Source of the DNA: an uncultured Clostridia bacterium | Lineage (GTDB): Bacteria; Bacillota; Clostridia; TANB77; CAG-508 | Direction: 5' to 3' | DNA length: 64,000 nucleotides | NCBI GenBank assembly: GCA_949948835.1 | Contig: CATLHF010000008.1 | Span: 10,873-74,872 of the forward strand | Translations under genes and position numbers: made by a program | Notes under the pieces: model-generated | Seen by the model: only the letters and a program-made list of their open reading frames with translations | Told to the model about the DNA's origin: nothing | Database searches by the model: none | Shown here: positions 32,589-44,441 of the stretch, in pieces | Numbering within the stretch: position 1 is the first letter of the stretch | Layout of the letters: every line of letters starts with the position of its first letter

Positions 32589-33920
32589 TTAATCTCGATA
32601 TTTTTCGATATTGGTAAATTTGGTATAATTCCCAAGCCATAGTAGTTCTACGGTTCCGGTTGATCCAGAACGATGTTTTGCGATAATTACTTCTGCTACG
32701 TTTTTCTTTTCACTGTCTTCATTATAATAGTCATCACGATATAAGAATATAACGATATCGGCATCTTGTTCGATAGCTCCTGATTCACGAAGGTCGGAAA
32801 GCATTGGTCTATGGTCTGGACGTTGTTCTGGTGCTCTTGATAATTGGGAAAGGGCAATAACTGGTACATTAATTTCTTTGGCTAGTATTTTTAAGGAACG
32901 ACTGATTTCTGAAATTTCTTGTTCACGGCTTCCGCCTCTTTTATTACTTCCTTGTACTAATTGTAAATAATCGATTACAACAAGCCCTATGTTTTTTTCT
33001 AATTTTAGTTTACGACATTTAGCACGAATTTCCATCACAGAAATTCCTGGTGTATCATCAATATAAATACCAGATTCAGAAAGTGGTCCTAAAGCACTTG
33101 CTAGTTTCATCCAGTCTTCATCATCAATTTTTCCAGTTCTTACTTTATTACTATCTACCATTGCTTCACTACATAGTATTCTATTTACCATTTGTTCTTT
33201 AGACATTTCTAAACTAAAAATAGCTACTGGAACTCCTGCACGAACTGCGGCATTTGCGGCAATATTTAAGGCAAATGCTGATTTTCCCATAGCAGGTCTT
33301 GCAGCAATTAAAACCAAATCGGATTCATGAAGCCCTGCTGTTTTGTAATCTAAATCAGCAAATCCTGTTGGAACACCAGTAATATGTTGTTTCTGGTTAT
33401 ATAATTTTTCAAGCCCCGCAAAGGTATCGACTAAAATATCTTTAATGGATGCATATCCTTTTTGGTTCTTTTTTTGCATGACATCAAAGATTTTCTTTTC
33501 TGCTTGGTCCATGATGTTTTCTACTTCTTCGGTTGGGTCATATCCTAATGCAATAATCTGGTTTGCTGTTTGAATAAGACTTCTTAACATAGATTTTTCT
33601 TCTACAATTTTAATATATTTATCAATGTTAGCTGTTGTTGGTGCCATGTCTGGAAGACTTGCTAAATATTCTAATCCTCCAACACTATCAAATTTTCCAA
33701 GAGAAACAAGCTCCGCTTTTAAAGTAATAATGTCTACTGGTTCTGCACGGTTATATAAGTTTAGAATTGCTCCATAGATTGCTTTATTATCTTCACGGTA
33801 GAAGTCTTCTTCTTTTAACACCTCAATAACAGCTGTTACTGCATCTTTGTCGGTTAACATGCTACCTAAAACAGCTTGTTCTGCTTCTATATCACTTGGT
33901 GGTATTTTTCCTAATTCCAT
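32589..33920 (-). CDS. dnaB: Replicative DNA helicase
   Basis: EAEQAVLG, AARPAMGKS, IDYLQL, LSQLSR, SDLRESGAIEQDAD. Confidence 0.97.
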   Translation of the reverse strand: MELGKIPPSDIEAEQAVLGSMLTDKDAVTAVIEVLKEEDFYREDNKAIYGAILNLYNRAEPVDIITLKAELVSLGKFDSVGGLEYLASLPDMAPTTANIDKYIKIVEEKSMLRSLIQTANQIIALGYDPTEEVENIMDQAEKKIFDVMQKKNQKGYASIKDILVDTFAGLEKLYNQKQHITGVPTGFADLDYKTAGLHESDLVLIAARPAMGKSAFALNIAANAAVRAGVPVAIFSLEMSKEQMVNRILCSEAMVDSNKVRTGKIDDEDWMKLASALGPLSESGIYIDDTPGISVMEIRAKCRKLKLEKNIGLVVIDYLQLVQGSNKRGGSREQEISEISRSLKILAKEINVPVIALSQLSRAPEQRPDHRPMLSDLRESGAIEQDADIVIFLYRDDYYNEDSEKKNVAEVIIAKHRSGSTGTVELLWLGNYTKFTNIEKYRD

Positions 33921-33932
33921 AGATTACTCCTT

Positions 33933-34379
33933 TTATATTCCTACTACATTTAATTTTAATTTAGCAATTACTCCATCATATAGTTTGATTTCTATCGTAA
34001 ATGTTCCTAATATTTTAATTGGTTCTGTTAAGATAATTTTTTTCTTGTCTACTTTAATGTGATATTGTTTTTCTAGGTTTTCTGCAATTTCTTTTGATGT
34101 TACACTTCCAAATACTTTACCATTTTCTCCTGCTTTTACAGGAAGTTTTAGTGTGATTTTTTCAATTTTATTAGCTGTTTGCTTTGCTGCTTCTTTTTCT
34201 AGTTCTTTTCGATGCTCTTCAGAGGATTTTTTAGATTGTAAATTAGTTAAGTTTCCTTTATCTGCGGGAACTGCTAAATTCTTAGGGAATAGATAATTTC
34301 TTGCATATCCATCATTGGCATTAATAATTTGGTCTTTTTTTCCTACCCCTTTAATATCTTGTGTTAATATGACTTTCAT
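33933..34379 (-). CDS. rplI: 50S ribosomal protein L9
   Basis: MKVIL, GYARNYLFP, GKVFGSVT. Confidence 0.97.
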   Translation of the reverse strand: MKVILTQDIKGVGKKDQIINANDGYARNYLFPKNLAVPADKGNLTNLQSKKSSEEHRKELEKEAAKQTANKIEKITLKLPVKAGENGKVFGSVTSKEIAENLEKQYHIKVDKKKIILTEPIKILGTFTIEIKLYDGVIAKLKLNVVGI

Positions 34380-34397
34380 TGATTACCTCCTCTTTCT

Positions 34398-36431
34398 CTA
34401 ATTTCCTAATTCTTCAAAGTATTCATTTATTTTCTCGATTAATTCTTCTTTTACTTCTTGTTTTGTTTTTCCTTCTACTTGGGCTCCAGCAAGGGTAATG
34501 TGCCCTCCTCCCCCTAGTTTTTCTAGGATAACTTGAACATTGATGTCTCCTATCGAACGTCCACTAATGCATACTTTGCTTCCAACCGTTCCAATGACAA
34601 AAGATGCTGTTATATCACTGATAGTTAAAAGTTCATCTGCTGCTTTTGCGCAAATAACTCCCGCATCTTTGTTTTCTTGTTCGTAAATTGATATTGCAAT
34701 GGTATCACGAACAATTTCAGCTTCTTTTACAATATCGGATATAGTGTTATAACTATCTAAATCGCTTTGGAACCATTTTTTTACTTTGATAATATCAACA
34801 CCACATTTTCGTAAGTATGCTGCTGCTTCAAAGGTTCTAACACCTGTTTTAAAGGTAAAGTTTTTCGTGTCCATCATAATTCCTGCATATAGTCCTTCAA
34901 TTTCAATGGTTTTTAGTGAAATTGGTACTTCAACATATTGTAGTAATTCTGTTACTAACTCTGCGGCAGAAGATGCATATACTTCTTGGAAAGTTAGGGT
35001 TGCATTATCAATATAGTCTGTACTTCTTCTATGATGGTCGATTACTACAATTTTATTGGTTCTCTCTAGCAATTCTGGTACTTCTACATAACTTCTTTTA
35101 TGCGTATCTACAATGATTAAAAGTGTCTCATTTGCTATTTTTGATAGAGCTTGTTGAGAATCGATAAAAATATCTTCCTCTTCTTCTTTTTTCACGGATT
35201 CCATAAAGGTATTAATGGTTAATCCTGTCGTTTGATTTACAATTTTTACTTCTTTTCCAAGGCTTTTTGCAATTCTATATACACCTAAACTAGAACCTAA
35301 GGAATCGATGTCTCCGTTGGTGTGTCCCATAATCATAACATCACTTGCTTGCATCATTAATTCTTCTAATGCATGTGCTACAGTTCTTGCTTTTACTTTA
35401 GTTCTTTTTTCTACTTCTTGTGCTCTTCCTCCAAAGAATAAGTATTTCTCATTTTCACGAATAACAGCTTGATCTCCTCCACGTCCTAGAACAATATCCA
35501 TTCCAGATAATGCAGATTTATATTTTTCATATTCGGTTGCTCCTTCATTAGAAACCGAAATACTTAAGGTGATTTGTAAGCCACCTTCTAGTTTGATTTC
35601 TTTTATTTCATCTAAAATTTGAAATTTATTTTCTTTTATTTTTTCTAAATATCGTTGTTCAAATACATAGACAAAGGTATCTCGATCCGATTTAATGACA
35701 ACACCTTTTGATTCTATTGCCCAGTCGTAAATGCTTTTTTCTATTTTTGCAATCACTTCTGGCCTATCTTCTGTTTGAATTCGTTGTATCATTTCTTCGT
35801 AATTATCAATCATGATAATTCCCATACAAGTTTGAGCATCATTATATTTTTTAATTGCTTTTACATAGTCCGTATTATCAATAAAATATAAAAGAAGCAT
35901 ATATTCTGATTGATTTTTACGTTCATTACTTTTAGATTTTACATATTCGCCAACGATTTTATAATGTTTCTGGTCAATGATTTGTTCTTTTTGAATCGTT
36001 CTATCTTTGGTTCTGTTACTATCTTGACTTGTTATTTTTTCTTCTATTTCCATTTTTATTTCTTGCATTAAGACATTTAATGTGTTTTCTATATGGACAT
36101 TTTCAAATTCGCTAACGAATTTTGAACTTTTCCAAATCGTGTTTCCATCTGTTTCCATGATAATTAATGGAAATGGTGAATTGATTAATGTGTTTTTAGC
36201 GGCAGAATCTACATTAATGGTTAATTCTTGAATATGTTCTGAAATTTCTGCTTTTCTTTTTTTGCTCGTCCAAAAAGCATAAAAACAAATAAGGCCATAT
36301 AGGATAACCGCAGGCATAACGAATGCTATTTGATAGCAACATATGATAACTAGTAATATGGCAATAATGACTAGATATATTTTGGTTCTTGAATTAATAA
36401 TTTCAAAGGTTCTTTTGTTTGAATTTTGCAT
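34398..36431 (-). CDS. gdpP: Cyclic-di-AMP phosphodiesterase GdpP (DHH/DHHA1)
   Basis: Two TM helices, degenerate GGDEF (GRGGDQ), MGH..DID, IDHHR, LGGGGH; gdpP-rplI-dnaB synteny. Confidence 0.93.
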   Translation of the reverse strand: MQNSNKRTFEIINSRTKIYLVIIAILLVIICCYQIAFVMPAVILYGLICFYAFWTSKKRKAEISEHIQELTINVDSAAKNTLINSPFPLIIMETDGNTIWKSSKFVSEFENVHIENTLNVLMQEIKMEIEEKITSQDSNRTKDRTIQKEQIIDQKHYKIVGEYVKSKSNERKNQSEYMLLLYFIDNTDYVKAIKKYNDAQTCMGIIMIDNYEEMIQRIQTEDRPEVIAKIEKSIYDWAIESKGVVIKSDRDTFVYVFEQRYLEKIKENKFQILDEIKEIKLEGGLQITLSISVSNEGATEYEKYKSALSGMDIVLGRGGDQAVIRENEKYLFFGGRAQEVEKRTKVKARTVAHALEELMMQASDVMIMGHTNGDIDSLGSSLGVYRIAKSLGKEVKIVNQTTGLTINTFMESVKKEEEEDIFIDSQQALSKIANETLLIIVDTHKRSYVEVPELLERTNKIVVIDHHRRSTDYIDNATLTFQEVYASSAAELVTELLQYVEVPISLKTIEIEGLYAGIMMDTKNFTFKTGVRTFEAAAYLRKCGVDIIKVKKWFQSDLDSYNTISDIVKEAEIVRDTIAISIYEQENKDAGVICAKAADELLTISDITASFVIGTVGSKVCISGRSIGDINVQVILEKLGGGGHITLAGAQVEGKTKQEVKEELIEKINEYFEELGN

Positions 36432-36456
36432 AAATCCTCCTTTTATTCATAGTTCT

Positions 36457-36485
36457 ATTGTACGCTTTTTCGTAAACTTTGTCAA
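36457..36485 (-). promoter_or_regulatory. Sigma-A promoter of gdpP-rplI-dnaB
   Basis: TTGACA-17 nt-TACAAT on the minus strand. Confidence 0.7.
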
Positions 36486-36513
36486 GAAATACCTGGCCAA
36501 TATTCGCCTTTTC

Positions 36514-36539
36514 CGGTCCATGGGAACATCGACTCCTAC
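36514..36539 (-). repeat. Degenerate GTAG-type REP-like palindrome
   Basis: Minus strand GTAG-GAGTCGATG-TTCC-CATGGACC; GC-rich in an AT-rich intergenic region. Confidence 0.45.
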
Positions 36540-36615
36540 AACATCCAACCTAAAATAGTATGATTTTTTAGCATACAAAAAAAGAGGTCTCCCTCTTTTT
36601 TTGTACTTTATGAAA

Positions 36616-39600
36616 TTATTCTTCTACTGTCTCTTCTACTACGTCTTCTATTGTTTCTTCTGATTCTGGTATTATATTGGTATCTAATTCTTCTTGGTCT
36701 GGAATTTCTTCTTGTTGTTCTGTATTAATTTTAATACTCTTATATTTGTTCATTCCAGTTCCTGCTGGAATTAGTTTACCAATAATAACGTTTTCTTTTA
36801 ATCCAATTAATGGATCTACTTTTCCTTTTATTGCAGCTTCTGTTAATACTCTTGTTGTTTCTTGGAAAGATGCTGCTGATAAGAAGGATTCTGTTGCAAG
36901 AGATGCTTTTGTGATACCTAGTAATGCACGTTTTCCAGTTGCTGGACGTTTTCCTTCCTCTAGTGCTTCTTTATTTTTGTCTTCAAATTCATACATGTCA
37001 ACTAGTGAACCTGGGAACATATCGGTATCTCCATTGTCTTCTACTCTTACTTTCTTAAGCATTTGTCTACCAATAACTTCAACGTGTTTATCATTAATAT
37101 CAACACCTTGGTTACGATATACTTTTTGTACTTCTTGGATTAAGTATTCATATACACCTTCTGGTCCTTTGATTGTTAAGATTTCGTTTGGATTAATTGA
37201 ACCCTCTGTAATTTGGTCTCCTGCTTCTAGTTCATCTCCATCTTTTACGCGTAGTTTTGAACCAAATGGAATAGTATATGTTTTCGAATCATCTTTAGAA
37301 GTTACAATAACTTCTTTCTTTTTCTTGTTTTCCGTAATTTTTACTTTTCCTGCAATTTCTGTAATAATTGCAAGTCCTTTTGGTTTTCTTGCTTCAAATA
37401 ACTCTTCAACCCTAGGAAGACCTTGTGTAATATCTCCTCCTGCGACACCTCCTTGGTGGAAGGTTCTCATCGTAAGCTGTGTACCAGGCTCACCGATGGA
37501 TTGTGCAGCGATAATACCAACTGCTTCACCAATGTTAACTTCTGTTCTTGTAGCAAGACCCATTCCATAACATTTCGCACAAACTCCATGTTTTGAATGA
37601 CATCCAAGTGCAGAACGTACTTTTACTTTTGTAAATCCTGCTTCTACAATTTTTTCTGCCAATTTTTCAGTAATCATGGTATTGGTATCAACAATTACTT
37701 CTTTTGTTTTTGGGTCGATAATATCTTCTAATGGATATCTTCCTTCTAGTCTTTCTTGTAGTTTTTCAATGATTTGGTTTCCGTCTTTAATATCAGAAAT
37801 TTCAATTCCTTCATGTGTTCCACAATCATGTTCACGAACAATGATATCTTGTGAAACATCAACTAGTCTTCTGGTTAAGTATCCAGAGTCAGCGGTTCTT
37901 AACGCAGTATCGGCAAGTCCCTTTCTTCCTCCGTGGCTTGATACGAAGTATTCTAATGGGTCAAGTCCTTCTCTAAAAGAAGAACGAATTGGAATTTCTA
38001 CGGCTTTACCAGAGGTGTTTGCCATAAGTCCACGCATACCTGCTACTTGGCGTAATTGGTTCATGTTACCACGAGCTCCAGATTCAATCATCATATAGAT
38101 TGGGTTTAATTCATCAAAGTTTTCTTGCATTGCACTAGATACATCCCCTGTTGCTTGTTCCCAAACTTTAATAACAGATTCATAACGTTCGTCTTCTGTA
38201 ATTAAACCACGTTTATATTGTTTTGCAATTTGTTCTACTTTTTCTTCTGCTGCTGCTAAGATTTCTTGTTTCTTTTCTGGAATAACAATATCTTTTGTAC
38301 TAACTGTGATAGCACCTTTTGTAGAATATTTATATCCTGTTGATTTAATATAGTCTAATAATTCAGCAGCTCTTGATAATCCGTGAACATTAATACATTT
38401 TGCAACAATTTTTCCTAAGTTCTTTTTAATAACTGGGAAATCGATTTCTAAATCAAATTCGTGTTCTGGATCGGTTCTATCGACAAATCCTAAATCTTGT
38501 GGAATTCCTTGGTTGTAGATAACTCTTCCTACAGTTGTTTTTACTCGTTTTGAACGAATGCTTCCATCTTCATTTTCTTTATACATACGAATCCAAACAA
38601 GAGCATGTAGGCCTAAGTCTCCATTTGCATAAGCCATTAGAGCTTCGTCTGTATCTTTATAGTAACTTCCTTCTCCTGGTTCTCCTGCAACTTCCATTGT
38701 TAAATAGTAGCTTCCTAAAATCATATCTTGTGTTGGAACGGTTACTGGTTTACCATCTTGTGGTTTTAGTAAGTTGTTGACAGATAACATTAAGTATCTT
38801 GCTTCCGCTTGTGCTTCTGGTGATAATGGAACGTGAACTGCCATTTGGTCACCATCGAAGTCAGCGTTAAATGCTGTACATACTAATGGGTGAAGTTTGA
38901 TTGCTCTTCCTTCTACTAATACTGGTTCAAATGCTTGAATACCAAGTCTATGTAGTGTTGGTGCACGGTTTAGCATAACTGGATGGTCTTTAATAACTTC
39001 TTCTAAGATATCCCATACTTCTGGTCTTAATTTTTCTACCATTCTTTTTGCATTTTTAATGTTATGGGCAATTCCTCTTCCTACTAATTCTTTCATAACA
39101 AATGGTTTAAATAATTCAACCGCCATTTCTTTTGGAAGACCACATTGGTATATTTTTAGTTCTGGTCCTACAACGATAACGGAACGTCCAGAGTAGTCAA
39201 CACGTTTTCCAAGTAAGTTTTGACGGAAACGTCCTTGTTTTCCTTTTAATAGGTCAGATAATGATTTTAATGGTCTGTTTCCTGCTCCTGTAACAGGTCT
39301 TCCACGTCTTCCATTATCGATTAAGGCATCTACTGATTCTTGTAACATTCTTTTTTCGTTTCTTACAATAATTTCTGGTGCTCCTAATTCTAATAGTCTT
39401 TTTAAACGATTGTTACGGTTAATCACACGACGGTATAAATCGTTTAAGTCTGATGTTGCAAAACGTCCACCATCTAATTGTACCATTGGTCTTAAATCTG
39501 GTGGGATAACTGGTACAACATTCATTACCATCCATTCTGGTTTATTTCCAGAAATTCTAAAGGATTCTACGGTATCTAAACGTTTGATTAGTTTTACTCT

Positions 39601-40209
39601 TTTTTGTTCACTAGCATTTTCTAATTCTTTCTTTAATTTTACTGCTAATTTTTCTACATCAATTTCTTGTAGTAATTTTTGGATTGCTTCTGCTCCCATC
39701 TCTGCTTTGAAAGTACCTTTTCCGTATTTTTCTACAGCATCATGATATTCTTTTTCGGTTAATACTTGTGCTTTCATTAATCCGGATGTTCCTTTGTCTG
39801 TTACAATGTAAGAGGCAAAGTAAATTACTTTTTCTAGGCTTCTTGGTGAAATGTCTAGCATTAGAGCTACTCTGCTTGGTATTCCTTTAAAGTACCAAAT
39901 GTGAGCAACTGGTGCTGCAAGTTCGATGTGTCCCATTCTCTCTCTTCTTACTTTTGCTTTGGTTACTTCTACTCCACAACGGTCGCAGACAATTCCTTTA
40001 TAACGAACTCTTTTATATTTACCACAATGACATTCCCAGTCTTTTGTTGGACCAAAGATTCTTTCGCAAAACAGTCCGTCTTTTTCTGGTTTTAAAGTTC
40101 TATAGTTAATGGTTTCTGGCTTTTTAACTTCTCCTTTTGACCATTCTCTAACTTTTTCGTCGGATGCTAGCCCAATTTTTAATTTATCAAATATTTCTAA
40201 TTCATCCAC
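36616..40209 (-). CDS. rpoC: RNA polymerase beta' subunit
   Basis: [34 protein letters not shown]. Confidence 0.99.
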   Translation of the reverse strand: MDELEIFDKLKIGLASDEKVREWSKGEVKKPETINYRTLKPEKDGLFCERIFGPTKDWECHCGKYKRVRYKGIVCDRCGVEVTKAKVRRERMGHIELAAPVAHIWYFKGIPSRVALMLDISPRSLEKVIYFASYIVTDKGTSGLMKAQVLTEKEYHDAVEKYGKGTFKAEMGAEAIQKLLQEIDVEKLAVKLKKELENASEQKRVKLIKRLDTVESFRISGNKPEWMVMNVVPVIPPDLRPMVQLDGGRFATSDLNDLYRRVINRNNRLKRLLELGAPEIIVRNEKRMLQESVDALIDNGRRGRPVTGAGNRPLKSLSDLLKGKQGRFRQNLLGKRVDYSGRSVIVVGPELKIYQCGLPKEMAVELFKPFVMKELVGRGIAHNIKNAKRMVEKLRPEVWDILEEVIKDHPVMLNRAPTLHRLGIQAFEPVLVEGRAIKLHPLVCTAFNADFDGDQMAVHVPLSPEAQAEARYLMLSVNNLLKPQDGKPVTVPTQDMILGSYYLTMEVAGEPGEGSYYKDTDEALMAYANGDLGLHALVWIRMYKENEDGSIRSKRVKTTVGRVIYNQGIPQDLGFVDRTDPEHEFDLEIDFPVIKKNLGKIVAKCINVHGLSRAAELLDYIKSTGYKYSTKGAITVSTKDIVIPEKKQEILAAAEEKVEQIAKQYKRGLITEDERYESVIKVWEQATGDVSSAMQENFDELNPIYMMIESGARGNMNQLRQVAGMRGLMANTSGKAVEIPIRSSFREGLDPLEYFVSSHGGRKGLADTALRTADSGYLTRRLVDVSQDIIVREHDCGTHEGIEISDIKDGNQIIEKLQERLEGRYPLEDIIDPKTKEVIVDTNTMITEKLAEKIVEAGFTKVKVRSALGCHSKHGVCAKCYGMGLATRTEVNIGEAVGIIAAQSIGEPGTQLTMRTFHQGGVAGGDITQGLPRVEELFEARKPKGLAIITEIAGKVKITENKKKKEVIVTSKDDSKTYTIPFGSKLRVKDGDELEAGDQITEGSINPNEILTIKGPEGVYEYLIQEVQKVYRNQGVDINDKHVEVIGRQMLKKVRVEDNGDTDMFPGSLVDMYEFEDKNKEALEEGKRPATGKRALLGITKASLATESFLSAASFQETTRVLTEAAIKGKVDPLIGLKENVIIGKLIPAGTGMNKYKSIKINTEQQEEIPDQEELDTNIIPESEETIEDVVEETVEE

Positions 40210-40333
40210 TGTTTTTATTTTTCTCCCTTCCGGTTTGGATTTTGGTTTCCTTTTTATTTTCTATTTATTTACACTGCTGTACAATTTTGTTTTGTTATAA
40301 ATAGAAATTTTAGGAAAATATTTAATTATTGTG

Positions 40334-40356
40334 AGGACGTGCCATGCACGCCCTAC
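40334..40356 (-). repeat. GTAG-type REP-like palindrome between rpoB and rpoC
   Basis: Minus strand GTAG-GGCGTGC-ATG-GCACGTCCT. Confidence 0.55.
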
Positions 40357-40368
40357 CATGCATCATTT

Positions 40369-43300
40369 TTATTCTTCGTCATCTAGGATGTCATTATCAT
40401 TTAATAGATTGTCTTCTCCTAAATCGGTATCGTCTAATAACATTTCGTCTTCATCATCTAAGATTGGATCGAATAATTCATCGCTTTCTTCTTCGTCATC
40501 TAGGATTTCATTTCCATCTTCATCTTCTTCCATATAACCATCTGCTAGTTCATCTTCTAATAAAATGTTTTGTGTTTTTTCTCTTTCTGGTGTGTATTCA
40601 ATTCCTTCTTCAATGTTTTCTTTTAGTTCTAATTCTTGGTTGTCTTCTGAATATAGACGAACGTCTAATCCTAAACTTTGTAGTTCTTTTACTAATACTT
40701 TGAAGCTCTCTGGAACTCCTGGTTCTGGTACATTTTCACCTTTTACGATTGCTTCATAGGTTTTTACACGTCCTACTGTATCATCTGATTTTACAGTTAA
40801 GATTTCTTGTAGAGTATGTGCTGCACCATATGCTTCTAGTGCCCAAACTTCCATTTCTCCAAAACGTTGTCCACCAAATTGTGCTTTTCCTCCAAGTGGT
40901 TGTTGTGTTACTAATGAGTATGGTCCTGTTGAACGAGCATGGATTTTATCATCTACTAAGTGGTGTAGTTTTAACATGTACATAACACCAACGGTTACTG
41001 GATGGTCAAATTTTTCTCCAGTTCTTCCATCATATAGTGTTACTTTTCCATCTGGTGTACGTCCTGCTTGTTCTAATAGTTCTGTAATTTCGTCTTCCTC
41101 AGCTCCATCAAATACTGGTGTTGCAACTTTCCATCCAAGTTCTCTTGCTGCTGCACCTAAGTGTACTTCTAGCACTTGCCCTAAGTTCATACGAGATGGT
41201 ACACCAAGTGGGTTAAGTACGATATCTACTGGAGTTCCATCTGGCATAAATGGCATATCTTCTACTGGTAAGATTCTTGATACAACACCTTTGTTTCCGT
41301 GACGTCCTGCCATTTTATCTCCTACTGAGATTTTTCTTTTTTGTGCGATGTAACAACGAATGACTTGGTTTACTCCTGGTGCTAATTCGTCTGAATTATC
41401 TCTTGTAAAGATTTTTACATCTACAATGGTTCCTTCTTCTCCATGTGGTACACGAAGTGATGTATCTCTTACTTCTCTTGCTTTTTCTCCAAATATGGCA
41501 CGAAGTAATCTTTCTTCTGCGGTTAGTTCTGTTTCTCCTTTTGGTGTTACTTTTCCAACTAGAATGTCTCCTGGTCTTACTTCTGCACCAATACGAATAA
41601 TTCCGTTCTCATCTAAGTCTTTTAAGCTGTCTTCTCCAACATTTGGAATATCTCTTGTGATTTCTTCTGGTCCAAGTTTGGTATCTCTACATTCACAATC
41701 GTATTCTTCAATGTGGATAGAAGTATATACGTCTTCTTTTACTAATCTTTCACTAATTAATACAGCATCTTCGTAGTTGTAACCTTCCCATGTTGCAAAT
41801 GCAATTAATACGTTTTTACCAAGTGCCATTTCTCCTTTATCGGTAGATGGTCCATCGGCAATCACATCTCCTGCTTTTACTTTTTCGCCTTTTACAACGA
41901 TTGGTCTTTGATTAATACAGGTTCCTCCATTGGTTCTTTTGAACTTACGTAAGTGGTAAGTTTCTAATTCTCCTTTATCGGTTTTTAAAACGATTTCATC
42001 ACCAGTTACTTTTTGAATAGTTCCGTTTGATTTTGCAATTTGCATAATGCCAGAATCTTTTGCTGCTCGATATTCAATTCCTGTTCCTACGATTGGTGAT
42101 TCTGGAACAAGTAGTGGAACTGCTTGACGTTGCATGTTAGCCCCCATTAATGCACGGTGAGCATCATCGTGCTCTAAGAATGGTATCATAGCGGCACCAA
42201 CAGATACTAATTGTTTTGGTGAAACATCTACGTAGTCTACCATTTCTGGTGCAACTTCTTCAATATCGTCTAAGTGTCTTACTTTAATTTTTTTGCTTAC
42301 AAAGTTTCCGTTTTTATCAATTTTTTCAGATGCTTGCGCAATTCTTGCCCCTTCTTCATCTTCTGCACTTAAGTATATTACTTCATCCGTTACTTTATGG
42401 GTTTCTGGATCTACTTTTACATATGGTGTTTCTACAAATCCATATTCATTGATGATAGCAAAAGAAGTTAGTGCTGAAATTAATCCAATGTTTGGTCCTT
42501 CTGGAGATTCGATTGGACATAAACGACCATAATGAGTATAGTGAACGTCTCTTACTTCGAATCCTGCTCTTTCTCTTGAAAGTCCTCCAGGTCCTAATGC
42601 TGATACTCTTCTTTTATGGGTTAATTCAGATAATGGGTTGGTTTGGTCCATGAATTGTGATAGTTGTGAACTTCCAAAGAATTCACGAATTGATGATGTG
42701 ATTGGTTTTGTGTTAATTAAAGTTTGTGGTGTTACAACATCTAAGTCTTGAATGGTCATTCTTTCACGAACGACTCTTTCTAGCCTTGTTAGACCAATTC
42801 TAAATTGATTTTGTAGTAATTCACCAACACAACGAATACGTCTATTTCCTAAATGGTCAATATCATCTAAATATCCTAATCCATGTTGTAAGTTCATAAT
42901 ATAGTTAACAGAGGCAATCATGTCTTCTGTGGTAATATGTTTTGGAACTAATTCGTCAATTCTTTCTTTTACCATTTTTTCAACATCTTTTGGATCTGTA
43001 TTTTCTAATATGTTTTGTAATACTGCATAATTTACTTCTTCTTTTACGATAGTACTTTTTAAGTCAACATATTCATGAATATCGACTGTTCCATTACCAA
43101 TTACTTTAACGTTTTTGTCTCCAATTTTTACTTCTACTGAGTTAATTCCTGCATTTTGGATTGCTTTTGCAAGTTCTTGTGTAATGGCATTATCTTTTTC
43201 TACTAATACTTCTCCTGTTGCTGGATTGATAATGTCTGCTCCTGCAATTTGGTTTTTAATTCTTCCAGCTAATCCTAATTTTTTGTTAAATTTATATCTT

Positions 43301-44109
43301 CCAACTTTGGCAAGGTCATATCTTCTGTTATCAAAGAATAGTCCTGTGAATAGGTTTCTTGCGGCATCAACAGATGGAAGTTCTCCTGGTCTTAATTTTT
43401 TGTAAATTTCGATTAACGCTTCATCTGCTGTTTTGATTGGGTCTTTGTTGATAGTTGCAACAATTTTATCTTCTTCTCCAAATACTTCTAAAATTTGGGC
43501 ATCAGTTTCTAGTCCAATTGCTCTTAATAAGCAAGTTACTGGTAGTTTTCTTGTTCTATCAATTCGAACATAGAATACATCGTTTGAATCAGTTTCGTAT
43601 TCAATCCATGCTCCACGAATTGGCATAACGGTTGATGTGAAAACTTTTTTACCAGTTTTGTCGTAGTCTGAATCGTAGTAACATCCTGGTGAACGTACTA
43701 ATTGGCTGACAACAACTCTTTCTGCACCATTGATGACGAATGTTCCACTATCTGTCATAAGTGGGAAGTCACCTAAATAAATTTCTTGTTCTTTAATTTC
43801 TCCTGTTTCTCGATTGATTAAACGAACTTTTACATGTAATCTCGTAGAGTATGTAGCGTCTCTTTCTTTTGCTTCTTCTAATGAATATTTTGTTTTTTCT
43901 TCCATGTAATAATCGAAAAACTCTAATACTAGATTTCCAGTATAATCAATAATTGGCGAAATGTCTCTTAATACTTCTCCAAGTCCCTCTTCTACAAACC
44001 AGTTGTAAGAGTCTTTTTGTACTTGGATTAAATTTGGCATTTCAATACTGTCCTCTGTTTTTGCAAACGTTTTTCTAACACATTTCTCGTGTTTTACGTC
44101 TTTTACCAA
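40369..44109 (-). CDS. rpoB: RNA polymerase beta subunit
   Basis: [33 protein letters not shown]; TTG start behind an AGAGGTG RBS. Confidence 0.99.
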   Translation of the reverse strand: MVKDVKHEKCVRKTFAKTEDSIEMPNLIQVQKDSYNWFVEEGLGEVLRDISPIIDYTGNLVLEFFDYYMEEKTKYSLEEAKERDATYSTRLHVKVRLINRETGEIKEQEIYLGDFPLMTDSGTFVINGAERVVVSQLVRSPGCYYDSDYDKTGKKVFTSTVMPIRGAWIEYETDSNDVFYVRIDRTRKLPVTCLLRAIGLETDAQILEVFGEEDKIVATINKDPIKTADEALIEIYKKLRPGELPSVDAARNLFTGLFFDNRRYDLAKVGRYKFNKKLGLAGRIKNQIAGADIINPATGEVLVEKDNAITQELAKAIQNAGINSVEVKIGDKNVKVIGNGTVDIHEYVDLKSTIVKEEVNYAVLQNILENTDPKDVEKMVKERIDELVPKHITTEDMIASVNYIMNLQHGLGYLDDIDHLGNRRIRCVGELLQNQFRIGLTRLERVVRERMTIQDLDVVTPQTLINTKPITSSIREFFGSSQLSQFMDQTNPLSELTHKRRVSALGPGGLSRERAGFEVRDVHYTHYGRLCPIESPEGPNIGLISALTSFAIINEYGFVETPYVKVDPETHKVTDEVIYLSAEDEEGARIAQASEKIDKNGNFVSKKIKVRHLDDIEEVAPEMVDYVDVSPKQLVSVGAAMIPFLEHDDAHRALMGANMQRQAVPLLVPESPIVGTGIEYRAAKDSGIMQIAKSNGTIQKVTGDEIVLKTDKGELETYHLRKFKRTNGGTCINQRPIVVKGEKVKAGDVIADGPSTDKGEMALGKNVLIAFATWEGYNYEDAVLISERLVKEDVYTSIHIEEYDCECRDTKLGPEEITRDIPNVGEDSLKDLDENGIIRIGAEVRPGDILVGKVTPKGETELTAEERLLRAIFGEKAREVRDTSLRVPHGEEGTIVDVKIFTRDNSDELAPGVNQVIRCYIAQKRKISVGDKMAGRHGNKGVVSRILPVEDMPFMPDGTPVDIVLNPLGVPSRMNLGQVLEVHLGAAARELGWKVATPVFDGAEEDEITELLEQAGRTPDGKVTLYDGRTGEKFDHPVTVGVMYMLKLHHLVDDKIHARSTGPYSLVTQQPLGGKAQFGGQRFGEMEVWALEAYGAAHTLQEILTVKSDDTVGRVKTYEAIVKGENVPEPGVPESFKVLVKELQSLGLDVRLYSEDNQELELKENIEEGIEYTPEREKTQNILLEDELADGYMEEDEDGNEILDDEEESDELFDPILDDEDEMLLDDTDLGEDNLLNDNDILDDEE

Positions 44110-44373
44110 AAAAATCACCTCTATATTAAATTAAGCAGAAAATTTGAAATTCGCATTCCAGATAGTTAGAATGCTTTTTAAGATTAAAATCTATTTATCA
44201 AGAAGTCCTTCTTAACCTAAGTTTCTTTCACAATTTCTAATACGGTTACTGCTCTTTTCCTCTTAGAAATAGGCTTACTCCAAAGCTTAATTCCTCTTCT
44301 TGTTAAATTTAAAAGAATTGTTACTTTATATCAAAAGCAATATAAAAAAGATGATATAATTCGTAACTAAAAA

Positions 44374-44403
44374 ATTATATCATCTTTCCTTACGGCTTGT
44401 CAA
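44374..44403 (-). promoter_or_regulatory. Sigma-A promoter of rpoBC, with an inverted repeat (44347-44386) overlapping the -10
   Basis: TTGACA-18 nt-TATAAT with extended TG. Confidence 0.65.
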
Positions 44404-44441
44404 GGTTTCGCTGAATTTTTTTGGCAATTTTTTGGATTTTT

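Noticed and set aside
36677-37570. 297-aa plus-strand ORF and the many other antisense ORFs in the track
   Set aside because: Shadows of well-supported minus-strand genes (here rpoC), lacking RBS or recognisable motifs.
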